NCBI GenBank assembly: GCA_005191425.1
Contig: SUPR01000043.1
Location: forward strand, 1-28,152
Length of the DNA stretch: 28,152 nucleotides
Source: Candidatus Helarchaeota ASGARD archaeon Hel_GB_B
GTDB lineage: Archaea; Asgardarchaeota; Lokiarchaeia; Helarchaeales; HEL-GB-B
Reading direction: 5' to 3'
The position numbers and the translations under genes were made by a program. This document shows positions 19,317 to 28,152 of this stretch, piece after piece; the stretch's first letter is position 1, and every line of letters starts with the position of its first letter. Under the pieces are notes generated by a model. It did no database searches, was not told the origin of the DNA, and saw nothing but the letters and a program-made list of their open reading frames with translations.

Positions 19317-19734
19317 TGCAATAAATAATAATCTTAATGTTAATATTGTGGCGTTTCTATGTAATTGGTGTGGATATGCAGGAGCAGATTTGGCGGGTGT
19401 AAGTAGATATCAATATCCCCCTTCAATTAAAATAATAAGAGTAATGTGTTCAGGTAGGGTCGACCCGGTATTTATATTAAAAGCATTTGAACTAGGGGCA
19501 GATGGAGTGTTAGTTTGTGCATGCCACCCAGGAGATTGCCATTACATCGATGGAAATGAAATAGCTGAAGTGAGAATTAATAAAACAAAAGAAATATTAG
19601 ATTGGATCGGGATAAACCCAAATAGATTAAGACTTGAATGGGTTTCTGCTGCAGAAGGCTTAAAATTTGCAAAAATAGTTACAGAATTTACTGAAGAATT
19701 ATCTCAACTTAAAAAAATTAAAAATGAATTATGA
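19306..19734 (+). CDS. mvhD: MvhD/FlpD hydrogenase iron-sulfur subunit (all-Cys form); start uncertain (CTG 19306, ATA 19309 or GTG 19348)
   Basis: IVAFLCNWCGYAGAD, RVMCSGRVDP, GADGV..CHPGDCHY and WVSAAEG motifs. The frame is open back to a stop at 19297, and AGGTGA lies at 19294-19299. Confidence 0.92.
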   Translation: MINDAINNNLNVNIVAFLCNWCGYAGADLAGVSRYQYPPSIKIIRVMCSGRVDPVFILKAFELGADGVLVCACHPGDCHYIDGNEIAEVRINKTKEILDWIGINPNRLRLEWVSAAEGLKFAKIVTEFTEELSQLKKIKNEL

Positions 19735-20112
19735 ATTTCTTTAAAGAATATAAAATCATTTTTGTAAAGGATTTTTTCTTTTTATGATTAAAAAATTTTG
19801 AGTAAATTAAATCCATTTCAATCAAAATAACTAATTAATTTTAAATTCAATGATTACCCTAATAAAATTCTCTTTATATCCTTCAGTAAACATATAATCG
19901 ATATTATTAGCAAGTTTTTCTTAAGAGGATATATATTAATTATATTTAAATTGAAAATTATTATATCATTAATTATTATAAGGAAAATTTGTTCCTAAAA
20001 AATAAATTGATTAATCAAAAATCCATTCCCCATTAAAAAGTTTAGTTAAAAACCAATAAATTTTTTAAATATCTTTAATTATTAGAGATTAATAAGTTTA
20101 TAAGTGGTCATA

Positions 20113-20508
20113 ATGTCTTATGAAAATAAAGTACTTGAAATTATTAAACAGCTTGATGAAGATAAAGAATTAAGAAAAAATATAGACGCAAATTACAGCA
20201 TAATAAAAGGAAAGGAACATTATTTATTGTATGCATTGGTGAAATCTTTTGGTGAATCAATTGAAGAGATTAAACAAGCTACATTAGCACAAGTAGAACA
20301 ATTAACGAAAAATGTTGAAGATATTGTATCAGAGATAAAGGACAAATTAAATAGAGTGGAAGATAGCTGGCTTGAAATAGCTACTGCACTTGGAAAACTC
20401 TCTGAATATGGAGCAATTATAGGAGATTTTTCTGGGAAATTAGATATTCTTGCTAAAAATATAGCAAATGAACCTATAAAAAGTGGTAGAGGAAGCTCCA
20501 AAAAATGA
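20113..20508 (+). CDS. Small helical/coiled-coil protein of unknown function (start ATG 20113 or GTG 20104)
   Basis: Heptad-rich segment IEEIKQATLAQVEQLTKNVEDIVSEIKDKLNRVED and no TM segment. Its stop overlaps the next start (ATGA at 20505-20508). Confidence 0.75.
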   Translation: MSYENKVLEIIKQLDEDKELRKNIDANYSIIKGKEHYLLYALVKSFGESIEEIKQATLAQVEQLTKNVEDIVSEIKDKLNRVEDSWLEIATALGKLSEYGAIIGDFSGKLDILAKNIANEPIKSGRGSSKK

Positions 20509-21014
20509 TAAGTAATATTTTTGTAATTTCCAGGACCTCGGGAGTGTGTATAATTCATAAATCATATTCAGCAAAAAGACAGGATGAATCTATCATTAGT
20601 GGATATTTAACGGCGTTAAACGATTTTTCGCAAGAAATAGGAGGCCAAACAAAAGAACTAAAAATGGAAAATTCAAGACTAAAATATGAATTTGTAGATT
20701 CTGAGACCATGTTCGTTTTTGTTGTTGAAGAAACAGATGACCCCAATAAAAAAAGCCAAATGAATGATGCAATTGACCGAGTTATTTCAGAATATAGAAA
20801 AAAGTTTCCAAATGGTCTGAATTTTACTGGAAATACTGAAAAATATTATAAAGCTATTGGTAATGATATTTTGGATAAAATAATGTATCCATTGGCTTTA
20901 CAAACACGAGAACTCAGTTTAATAATTGAAAGTAGAATTAGTAATTTTCAAAATAATGATTACTCACAAATTAAAAGTGATGAACCATTCGATCTTGAAA
21001 ATTTAGTATTATAA
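20505..21014 (+). CDS. Longin-domain protein (Asgard-type)
   Basis: beta-beta-alpha-beta-beta-beta-alpha-alpha pattern: IFVISRTSGVCIIHKSY / ESIISGYLTALNDFSQEIGG / ELKMENSRLKYEF / MFVFVVE / helices. Confidence 0.8.
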   Translation: MISNIFVISRTSGVCIIHKSYSAKRQDESIISGYLTALNDFSQEIGGQTKELKMENSRLKYEFVDSETMFVFVVEETDDPNKKSQMNDAIDRVISEYRKKFPNGLNFTGNTEKYYKAIGNDILDKIMYPLALQTRELSLIIESRISNFQNNDYSQIKSDEPFDLENLVL

Positions 21015-21127
21015 TTTTGGAAATGTTTTTAAAAAACTTATTATATCTCTTAGATCATTTGTAATTTTTTTGAAATTTTGTATTTTGCTTTATTTTATAT
21101 AAGTAAAATATTCAACTGAGATTTATT

Positions 21128-21838
21128 ATGATGTTAATTATTCCCGCAATCGATATCCAAAATGGAAAATGTGTACGACTTCTAAAAGGCAATTTAGATT
21201 ATTTAAAAATATACTATGATGACCCTTTAGTCCCTGCTAAATTATTTGTTGAAGCTGGCGCTAAAGCTATCCATATAGTCGATTTAGATGGTGCCTATGG
21301 AAAAGGAAATAATTATAAGATTATTAAACAGATTATTGATTCCTGCCCTGTCGAAATTCAAGTAGGTGGGGGGATTAGGTCTATAGAAAAAGTAGAGGAA
21401 TTATATAGTTTAGGTGTTGAACGTATTATATGCGGTACTGCAGCTATTAATAACCCAGAATTTGTTCGAGATGTCGTTGATTTAATTGGTCCAAAACATA
21501 TAATGATTGCCTTAGACCATAGAAATGGAGAACTGCTAACGCATGGCTGGCAAGAAAATACTAAATTAAATGTATTTGAAATTGCAAAAGAAATTGAAAG
21601 AAATGGCGCGGGGTTCATTTTATTTTCGTCTGCAGATGTAGACGGAACACTTTTAGGCCCAGATATTAAAAATACACGAAAAATGGTAAATTCAATTAAA
21701 ATTCCAGTCATAGCTGCAGGTGGGATAAGCTCTATAAAGGATATTTCGGAAATAGAAAAAACAGGCGTCTATGGAGTTGTGATTGGTAAAGCAATTTATG
21801 AAAAAAATATAAATTTAAAAGAACTTTTAAAAAAGTGA
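21128..21838 (+). CDS. hisA: ProFAR isomerase
   Basis: IIPAIDIQNGKCVRL, HIVDLDGA, QVGGGIRS, DVDGTLLGPD and AAGGIS motifs. Confidence 0.95.
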   Translation: MMLIIPAIDIQNGKCVRLLKGNLDYLKIYYDDPLVPAKLFVEAGAKAIHIVDLDGAYGKGNNYKIIKQIIDSCPVEIQVGGGIRSIEKVEELYSLGVERIICGTAAINNPEFVRDVVDLIGPKHIMIALDHRNGELLTHGWQENTKLNVFEIAKEIERNGAGFILFSSADVDGTLLGPDIKNTRKMVNSIKIPVIAAGGISSIKDISEIEKTGVYGVVIGKAIYEKNINLKELLKK

Positions 21839-21844
21839 AGAATT

Positions 21845-22657
21845 ATGCCATTAGCAAAAAGAATAATACCTTGTCTTGATATGACTGAAGGACGAGTCGT
21901 TAAGGGAATTAAATTTGTAAATATTCGAGATGCTGGCGACCCTGTAGAACTAGCAGTTCTTTATGATTCCCAAAATGCTGATGAAATTGTGTTTTTAGAT
22001 ATTACAGCATCCTCTGATAAAAGAAATATTTTATTAAATATTGTATCTAGAACCGCTAATAATCTATCAATTCCTTTTACAGTTGGTGGCGGCCTGAGAA
22101 ATTTAGATGACATCAGGTCAGTCCTTGCAACAGGAGCTGACAAAGTTTCTATTAATACTGCAGCTGTAAAAGACCCCAATTTAATTAAAGAATCATCTGA
22201 AATGTTCGGTAGCCAATGTATCGTCCTAGCTATTGACGCTAAAAGGCGCACCCCAAATAGAGAACTTGACAATGATAAGATAATAATAGAAACACCAGAA
22301 GGTGAATTTTGGTGGGAAGTAGTAATATATGGCGGCAGAAAACCTACAGGTATTGATGCTATTAAATGGGCAATTAAAGGACAAGAACTAGGAGCTGGTG
22401 AAATACTCTTAACAAGTATGGACAGAGATGGAACTAAACAGGATTTCGATATTCCCCTCACCAAAGCTATTTCTAGCCGAATTAAAATACCAGTTATCGC
22501 TTCAGGCGGAGCAGGAACATTAGAACATATCTATAACGCTTTTAAATATGGTGGTGCAAGTGCAGCTCTTGCTGCAAGCATATTTCACTATGGAGAATAC
22601 ACAGTACAAGATGTAAAAATGTATTTAAAAAATAAAGGAATAAATGTAAGGTTATAA
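21845..22657 (+). CDS. hisF: Imidazole glycerol phosphate synthase cyclase subunit
   Basis: [10 protein letters not shown]...[39 protein letters not shown] and PVIASGGAG motifs. Confidence 0.97.
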   Translation: MPLAKRIIPCLDMTEGRVVKGIKFVNIRDAGDPVELAVLYDSQNADEIVFLDITASSDKRNILLNIVSRTANNLSIPFTVGGGLRNLDDIRSVLATGADKVSINTAAVKDPNLIKESSEMFGSQCIVLAIDAKRRTPNRELDNDKIIIETPEGEFWWEVVIYGGRKPTGIDAIKWAIKGQELGAGEILLTSMDRDGTKQDFDIPLTKAISSRIKIPVIASGGAGTLEHIYNAFKYGGASAALAASIFHYGEYTVQDVKMYLKNKGINVRL

Positions 22658-22805
22658 CATAATTTATTATGTTAATTTTAAATCTTTAATAGAAATTCTT
22701 TTGAAATTAAGTACAAAATTCAATTCAAAAAAATTGATCCAAATTATTAAATATAAAAATCAATTAATTTTTTACAAAAACCTTGTGTTAATGAGGTACG
22801 AAAAA

Positions 22806-23348
22806 ATGTCGGCATATGTCTTAAAAGTCGTAATTGCTGGTGAAGGTAGTGTCGGAAAAACATCATTACTTATGAGGTTTACCAAGGGAATTTTTATTGA
22901 AAACACCAAAATGACAATAGGAGTAGATTTCTCTGCTGTTAAAATTAGGGCTAGTACCTCATTAGGCGAAAAAGTGATAACATTACAAATTTGGGATTTT
23001 GGTGGGGAAGAACGGTTTCGTTTTATTTTGCCAGGTTATGTTGTCGGTGCATCCGGAGCTATTTTATGCTTTGACCTTACAAAACCGAGCACTCTTGAAA
23101 GTCTACCAGAATGGATTGAACTTATACGTTCAAAAGTACCAGATATCCCTATTATTCTAGTTGGTACTAAAAGTGATTTGGTCGAATATAGAAAAGTTGA
23201 CCACGATGTTGCTGAACAAAAAGTTAAAGAATGGGGTCTATCAGGATATATTGAAGTATCTTCAAAAAGCGGCGATAATATAGGCTATGTTTTCGGGTTA
23301 TTAAGTCAAGAAATGTTAATGAAAATTGAGAAAAACAAACCAGTATAA
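22806..23348 (+). CDS. Rab/Ras-like small GTPase, ~180 aa (likely start ATG 22806, not the track TTG 22701)
   Basis: G1 GEGSVGKT, G2 TIGVDF, G3 WDFGGE, G4 TKSD, G5 SSK. GAGGT RBS at 22793. No C-terminal Cys. Confidence 0.92.
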   Translation: MSAYVLKVVIAGEGSVGKTSLLMRFTKGIFIENTKMTIGVDFSAVKIRASTSLGEKVITLQIWDFGGEERFRFILPGYVVGASGAILCFDLTKPSTLESLPEWIELIRSKVPDIPIILVGTKSDLVEYRKVDHDVAEQKVKEWGLSGYIEVSSKSGDNIGYVFGLLSQEMLMKIEKNKPV

Positions 23349-23405
23349 ACCTTATAACTCAATTTGTTTTTAAATTTTTAAATAAATTTTTGAGAGATAT
23401 GAACT

Positions 23406-23810
23406 ATGAAATTTATTGATGATAGATTGGTTTTTAGTGAAAAAGAAGCGGAAAATATTGTCTCAAATTTAGATTTTGAGAAAGGTAATGGACTTATTTC
23501 AGTAATTACTCAAGATTTTGAAAATAAAGATGTCCTCATGTTAGCCTTTGCCAATAAAGAAGCAATGAAATTAACACTCACTACAGGTTATGTCCATTAC
23601 TGGAGTAGGTCAAGAAATACCCTATGGAAAAAGGGATCTACTTCCGGACATCTCCAATTAGTCAAAGAAATTTATATAGACTGTGATACAGACGCAGTTC
23701 TAATTAAAATAGCTCAAATAGGAGCAGCATGCCACGAAAATTATAGAAGCTGCTTTTTCCGAAAATTAAATGAATCTGAATTTCAAATCGTATTACAAAA
23801 AATTGATTGA
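23406..23810 (+). CDS. hisI: Phosphoribosyl-AMP cyclohydrolase
   Basis: VLMLAFAN, HYWSRSR..LWKKGSTSGHLQ, IDCDTDAV and ACHENYRSCFF motifs. Confidence 0.96.
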   Translation: MKFIDDRLVFSEKEAENIVSNLDFEKGNGLISVITQDFENKDVLMLAFANKEAMKLTLTTGYVHYWSRSRNTLWKKGSTSGHLQLVKEIYIDCDTDAVLIKIAQIGAACHENYRSCFFRKLNESEFQIVLQKID

Positions 23811-24332
23811 TTCTATAAATTTGCAAGGAATTACAAAATTCGGATTCTATCTATGCCAAGTTGATAACACAAACATTGCCTGAAATTGGAATACATAAAT
23901 AATTTAGGTTATGATGCAAGTCTACGATAGAAAGAACTTTTGTGATTATGATACCATTATATCATTTATTAAGACAGACATCAAGCCAGTTATTACCGAT
24001 TAAGGGTAAATAAAATATAAAAAAAAGTGTATTTAGTGATAATAGCAAGGTAAATAAATGCATTCTACAGATATCTAATGTTGTAGAAAGATAATGGTAC
24101 TTTAGCATCAAACAGTGCATTCTCTATTGAAGAGCTATAAGTAAATTTATAAAAAGATAATTTTTAATTTAGATCGGATCTAGAATCCAAATTTGGTAAA
24201 ACCCCTTTTAAATTTAATAAAATAATTTACCCTTTCAATTTGATGAATGTAATAAAAATTCCTCAAAACCTAATAGTCATGATACATGATTACCCTACAA
24301 ATAAACGTTAATTCAATAAAAAATAGAAAAAA

Positions 24333-25016
24333 TTATTTGATACGGACAAAACCATTGATCATTATTATTCCGCCTATTATCTGAAATAATGGACCACATA
24401 TTTCATAAACAAGACAAGGCATGAAGTTCGACCAAAGCAACATCTGAGCTTCCGGAATAGATAGCGCCATACCTATTTCATAGATTAAAATACCTATACA
24501 TATTATTGAAGAATTTAGTCTTATATTACCACTCGATTTTATTGCTAAATACAGATATATACTCGGCAACCCTAATAACACTATCAGATAAAAAGGGACC
24601 TGGATCGTAGTTAAATCCATAATAATTAGATAATTTAACGACGATAAAACTGCAATTATAACAGTACAAACTGAAAAAAAATACTTCGTCTTAATAACAT
24701 ATCGTTCCAATACAAAATATAAGATAAATGCACCACCATACGAAAACTCATTATAACCGAACTGGAGCCAGAACCATTCTGGATGAACAAAAAGGTCATC
24801 AAATAAGTATATATCTCCTTTAAAACCTAATATGTAGTAATTCACAAAACTACAAATCCTTGCAACAAAAAATAACGCAAAAAATAATGCGATCCCCATT
24901 AAATATTTCGTTTTATCTGATTTATATTTCATATATATTACTAAAAACCCCAAAAAGACTATTATTAAAACTCCAATCCATAAAATTAGTTCTAATTGTA
25001 AAAATTCATGCTCCAT
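24333..25016 (-). CDS. Uncharacterised ~7-TM membrane protein
   Basis: 227 aa with about seven hydrophobic spans by eye and no soluble domain. AGGGTG RBS-like sequence upstream. Confidence 0.78.
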   Translation of the reverse strand: MEHEFLQLELILWIGVLIIVFLGFLVIYMKYKSDKTKYLMGIALFFALFFVARICSFVNYYILGFKGDIYLFDDLFVHPEWFWLQFGYNEFSYGGAFILYFVLERYVIKTKYFFSVCTVIIAVLSSLNYLIIMDLTTIQVPFYLIVLLGLPSIYLYLAIKSSGNIRLNSSIICIGILIYEIGMALSIPEAQMLLWSNFMPCLVYEICGPLFQIIGGIIMINGFVRIK

Positions 25017-25174
25017 TTGATTAACACCCTTTATTTTAAAAAATTTAATTTAACAAAGTATTTATTAAAATAATTAACAAATTAATATCGGTCATTCACT
25101 TTAATAAATTTAATCTAAAACAATATTCATTTAGTATTATTAAAGTATTAATTTTGAAGTTAAGAGGTATTAAA

Positions 25175-26536
25175 TTGAAAAAATCTGGTGGCTATGCATT
25201 TATAAATTGCACCATTTTTAATGGCATTTTGGTTTCAGACGTCATCCATAATGGCATTATCTTGGTAAAGTTTCAAATGAATAAAAAAAACAATTTCGGT
25301 ATTATAGAAAATGTGTCGACTATAAATAACACTGAAATCCCTGATAATTATGAAATTATCGACTTGAACAACAAATTTGTAATACCAGGATTGATTAATG
25401 CCCATGCTCACTTGACTGGAGACGGAAAACCAAGAAAATTATCAAGTAAAAGTGAAAAAACTATTAAAAGACTATTATGGATAGCCAGACGATGGATTGG
25501 AAAAAAACTCATCCAGTATATGATGCGGAAAAATGCAAAAAATGCCCTTAATGCCGGAATTACTACTATTCGGGCACTAGGAGACCCCTATTTTTACGAT
25601 TTGGAAGTCCGAGATAAAATCAATAAAAATAAATTCGTTGGACCTAGACTCCTTGTCGCTGGAAAAGGCCTGACAATTACGGGAGGACATGGCTGGGTTA
25701 TGTCCCATATTGTCGATTCACCCTGGGAAGCCAGAAAAGCTGTCCGAGAAAACGTGAAAAATGGAGTTGATGTAATAAAATTAATTGCTACTGGTGGAGT
25801 TATGGACTCCAGAAAAATTGGCGAGGCAGGTAGACCACAATTAACTGTTGAGGAAATAACCGCTGCCTGCGATGAGGCTCACCGCGCTGGACTTCGGGTC
25901 GCTGCTCACGCCGAAAGTACTCAAGGTATAAAAGAATCACTACTAGGTGGAGTCGATACAATTGAACATGGCTCAGACCTGGATGACGAGTGCATTAAAC
26001 TCTTTAAAAATAACCCCCGCTCATTACTTGGCTACTCTTCATTAATACCCACTCTCTCCGCACCTATTAATATCTGTAAATGGGGCTATGAACAACTGAA
26101 AATTACAGAAATACAACAAAAAAATGCAACTCTTATTAAAAATGAAATGATTAATGGCTTTAAAAAAGCTCTTCAGAATGGTATTAGTATCGGTGTTGGT
26201 TCTGATGCCACAGTAACATTCGTTACTCATTATGACTTCTGGAAAGAACTTGATTTTATGTCCAAAATCGGAAATCTCTCGCCAAAAGAAGTCCTACACC
26301 TCGCAACACTAGGCAACGCTAGGATTCTTGGTATTGAAAATGAAACTGGCTCCATTGAACCCGGTAAATCTGCTGACTTTGTTGTCCTAAACCAAGACCC
26401 CCTTTCTGATCTATCAACTCTCGCTCAACCCTTTATGGTCGTTATTAGAGGTAAACTAATTAAAAAACCTAAAATTAAAAAAATTAAAATAATTGAGCGT
26501 ATTAAAAGGAAGGAACACAATATGAACAACGATTAA
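25175..26536 (+). CDS. Metal-dependent amidohydrolase (prolidase/Xaa-Pro dipeptidase-like subfamily); likely start TTG 25175
   Basis: PGLINAHAHL, GITTIR, KLIATGGV, AAHAES, IEHG, GSDA and GSIEPGKSADFVV motifs. GAGGT RBS at 25164. Confidence 0.9.
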   Translation: MKKSGGYAFINCTIFNGILVSDVIHNGIILVKFQMNKKNNFGIIENVSTINNTEIPDNYEIIDLNNKFVIPGLINAHAHLTGDGKPRKLSSKSEKTIKRLLWIARRWIGKKLIQYMMRKNAKNALNAGITTIRALGDPYFYDLEVRDKINKNKFVGPRLLVAGKGLTITGGHGWVMSHIVDSPWEARKAVRENVKNGVDVIKLIATGGVMDSRKIGEAGRPQLTVEEITAACDEAHRAGLRVAAHAESTQGIKESLLGGVDTIEHGSDLDDECIKLFKNNPRSLLGYSSLIPTLSAPINICKWGYEQLKITEIQQKNATLIKNEMINGFKKALQNGISIGVGSDATVTFVTHYDFWKELDFMSKIGNLSPKEVLHLATLGNARILGIENETGSIEPGKSADFVVLNQDPLSDLSTLAQPFMVVIRGKLIKKPKIKKIKIIERIKRKEHNMNND

Positions 26537-26745
26537 TAGATCAATAAAGTTATTAATTTATTTTATAATTGTTTTGCTTTAATTTTGCTAATCCTTTATT
26601 ATCTTCCCATTTCATGTTATTTTATGTCAATAAAAAATATAATCTAAAATTTGATTGAAATTTATCATTTCTTTGTCCATTTACTCTATTGATTAATTTA
26701 AATCATTTGATATCTACAATAATTTCATAAAAAAGTGTAAAATGC

Positions 26746-28152
26746 TTATTCTAACATAAACCTTTTGAACTGCTCTGGTGGACAACCTTCCTCCTTTAAT
26801 ACTATTTTCATTTTTTGCATCATTTCGTTTTCTAATTCAGCATACTCAGGTTTTCCCGCTAAATTATTCTGGAAATTCAGGTCTTTTTTTCGGTCAAATA
26901 AATAACTCCTCTTACATTCCTTCGTTGATTTTCCCGCTGAAAACATAAATGAAATCATTGGAATTTTCCATTGCGGTATCTTTACCCCGGGTATATAATA
27001 TCCACTTTCCATTTTTGCCGTAATACTCGTTAAAAACTTTACCGCACCTTCATAGTCCAAATTTACTCCAAAATATTCCCCAAACCCGCTTATCGATCCA
27101 GGTGATAATAACATTGGATAACTACAAGTGTAAATATATAAAGGTTTCCTCGGGTCAAACCCCCTAATATATGTAGTGTCCCATGTAGTCAAACTTACTC
27201 CAGCTCCATAAGTCCCGTATAAGATATATTCTCTAATACTACTCACCTCTCCCTTTAATACCGGCATTAATGACTTGCCGTCCACATATGCTTTTTCTTC
27301 TATTTTGCCACCGCTTAAAATGTCCAATATTGTAGCTCTAATGTCCACAATCGTTGAAAATGTACTTTGAACCCTTTGACCACCCTTGATCTCAGGGTGA
27401 TATATTATTAATGGTATGTTGGCTACGTCCTCAAAAATAGGATGACTCTTGCCATACTGCTTTATCTTCTTCTCAGGCTCCGCAAGCGCATGGCCATGAT
27501 CTGTAACCACAATAACACATGTGTTTGACCATAAATCATATTGCTCTAATTTTTCCCAGATCCGACCTAACCAATTATCTACCATCGTGACCTTACCACG
27601 ATACTGGTTTCTTATAAATTCTAATTCCTCTTCTGATGCCTCAGAAATAAATTTCTAGAACATTCTAGCATTCTGATATGGCGGCCAACACGTGTAATTC
27701 TCATTATATTCTCCATACATTGACCTATATGGCTCCGGAATATACCATGGCTCGTGCGGATCAAAACTCTCTATATGCAAAAAAAACTTCTCATGCCCAT
27801 GATTCCGGTCCAACCAATCGCACGCAGATTGAATTACCTTAGGGCCATGAAAATCCACCTCTTTCTTAAAATGCTTCACATTACGGTAATATTTGATGTG
27901 CATACTAGACCTCCACTTTAAATACGCCTTGACCCAACTCGGATAATCATCTGGGTCTTCTAATGGCTCACTACTCGCCATGTCTAATTCATGCCCCCTG
28001 ATAAGGTCAGTATACATATAATTCTCATGATAACCGTAAATACCAGTCCCCATCTCCCAATAGTGATAATGATCCGTAATTAATGCTGTAGCCGCACCTT
28101 GGACTTTAGCCTCGACCGGCAGAAGCCTGTCAAATGGCTCCACCGCACCCCA
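26746..28152 (-). pseudogene. Sulfatase-family protein with one in-frame TAG (27655-27657): pseudogene, sequence error or readthrough; N-terminus outside the window
   Basis: Track ORFs 27655-28143 and 26746-27585 are in the same frame: ...FDPHEPW...WPPYQNARMF-TAG-KFISEASEEELEFIRNQYRGKVTMVDNWLG...VTDHGH. The frame is open to the window edge (WGAVEPFD). Confidence 0.8.

Noticed and set aside
19306-19790. Selenocysteine or a SECIS for mvhD (VhuD is a selenoprotein in other archaea)
   Set aside because: All Cys positions use TGT/TGC. The downstream ATGAATTTC... has no matching helix with a 3' GA.
22245-22320. Loop insertion in HisF ([23 protein letters not shown])
   Set aside because: As far as I recall this HisF loop varies in length among homologs; nothing here points to a special function.
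22701-22805. 35-aa N-terminal extension of the GTPase in the track ORF
   Set aside because: AT-rich, intergenic-like sequence; GAGGT precedes ATG 22806, where the G-domain begins.
23825-23930. Possible IS110 transposase remnant (…ITQTLPEIG…, …LGYDASLR…)
   Set aside because: Only vague 8-10 residue resemblances, in broken frames; not supportable without a search.
24061-24092. TTCTAC...GTAGA hairpin resembling a Cas12a direct repeat
   Set aside because: Single copy, wrong loop length, no spacers and no cas genes.
2191-26230. Numerous short minus-strand track ORFs overlapping ino1, hdrA, hisA/F, GNAT and others
   Set aside because: Antisense shadows of well-supported plus-strand genes, with no motifs or RBS.

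Overview
Very AT-rich archaeal window, most likely from an Asgard archaeon. The lineage is inferred from a longin protein, a Rab-like GTPase, an ESCRT-I steadiness-box motif and a eukaryote-type SECIS. Left to right: the left end of a TnpB-only IS200/IS605 element (cut by the window edge); a polytopic membrane protein; ino1; a ~606-aa multi-Zn-finger/coiled-coil/PH-like/Vps23 steadiness-box protein whose N-terminus the ORF track misses; and a tandem GNAT. A 13-kb redox cluster follows: a selenoprotein HdrA that the ORF track splits (in-frame UGA at 6701 and 7250, SECIS directly after the stop), three ~1,000-aa tandem-type HdrA paralogs, an HdrD-like CCG protein and MvhD. After it come a coupled coiled-coil + longin pair, hisA-hisF-(Rab-like GTPase)-hisI, a ~7-TM protein, an amidohydrolase and a sulfatase interrupted by one in-frame TAG. 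No rRNA, tRNA or CRISPR array was seen. All family calls come from motif recognition by eye; no database searches were run.
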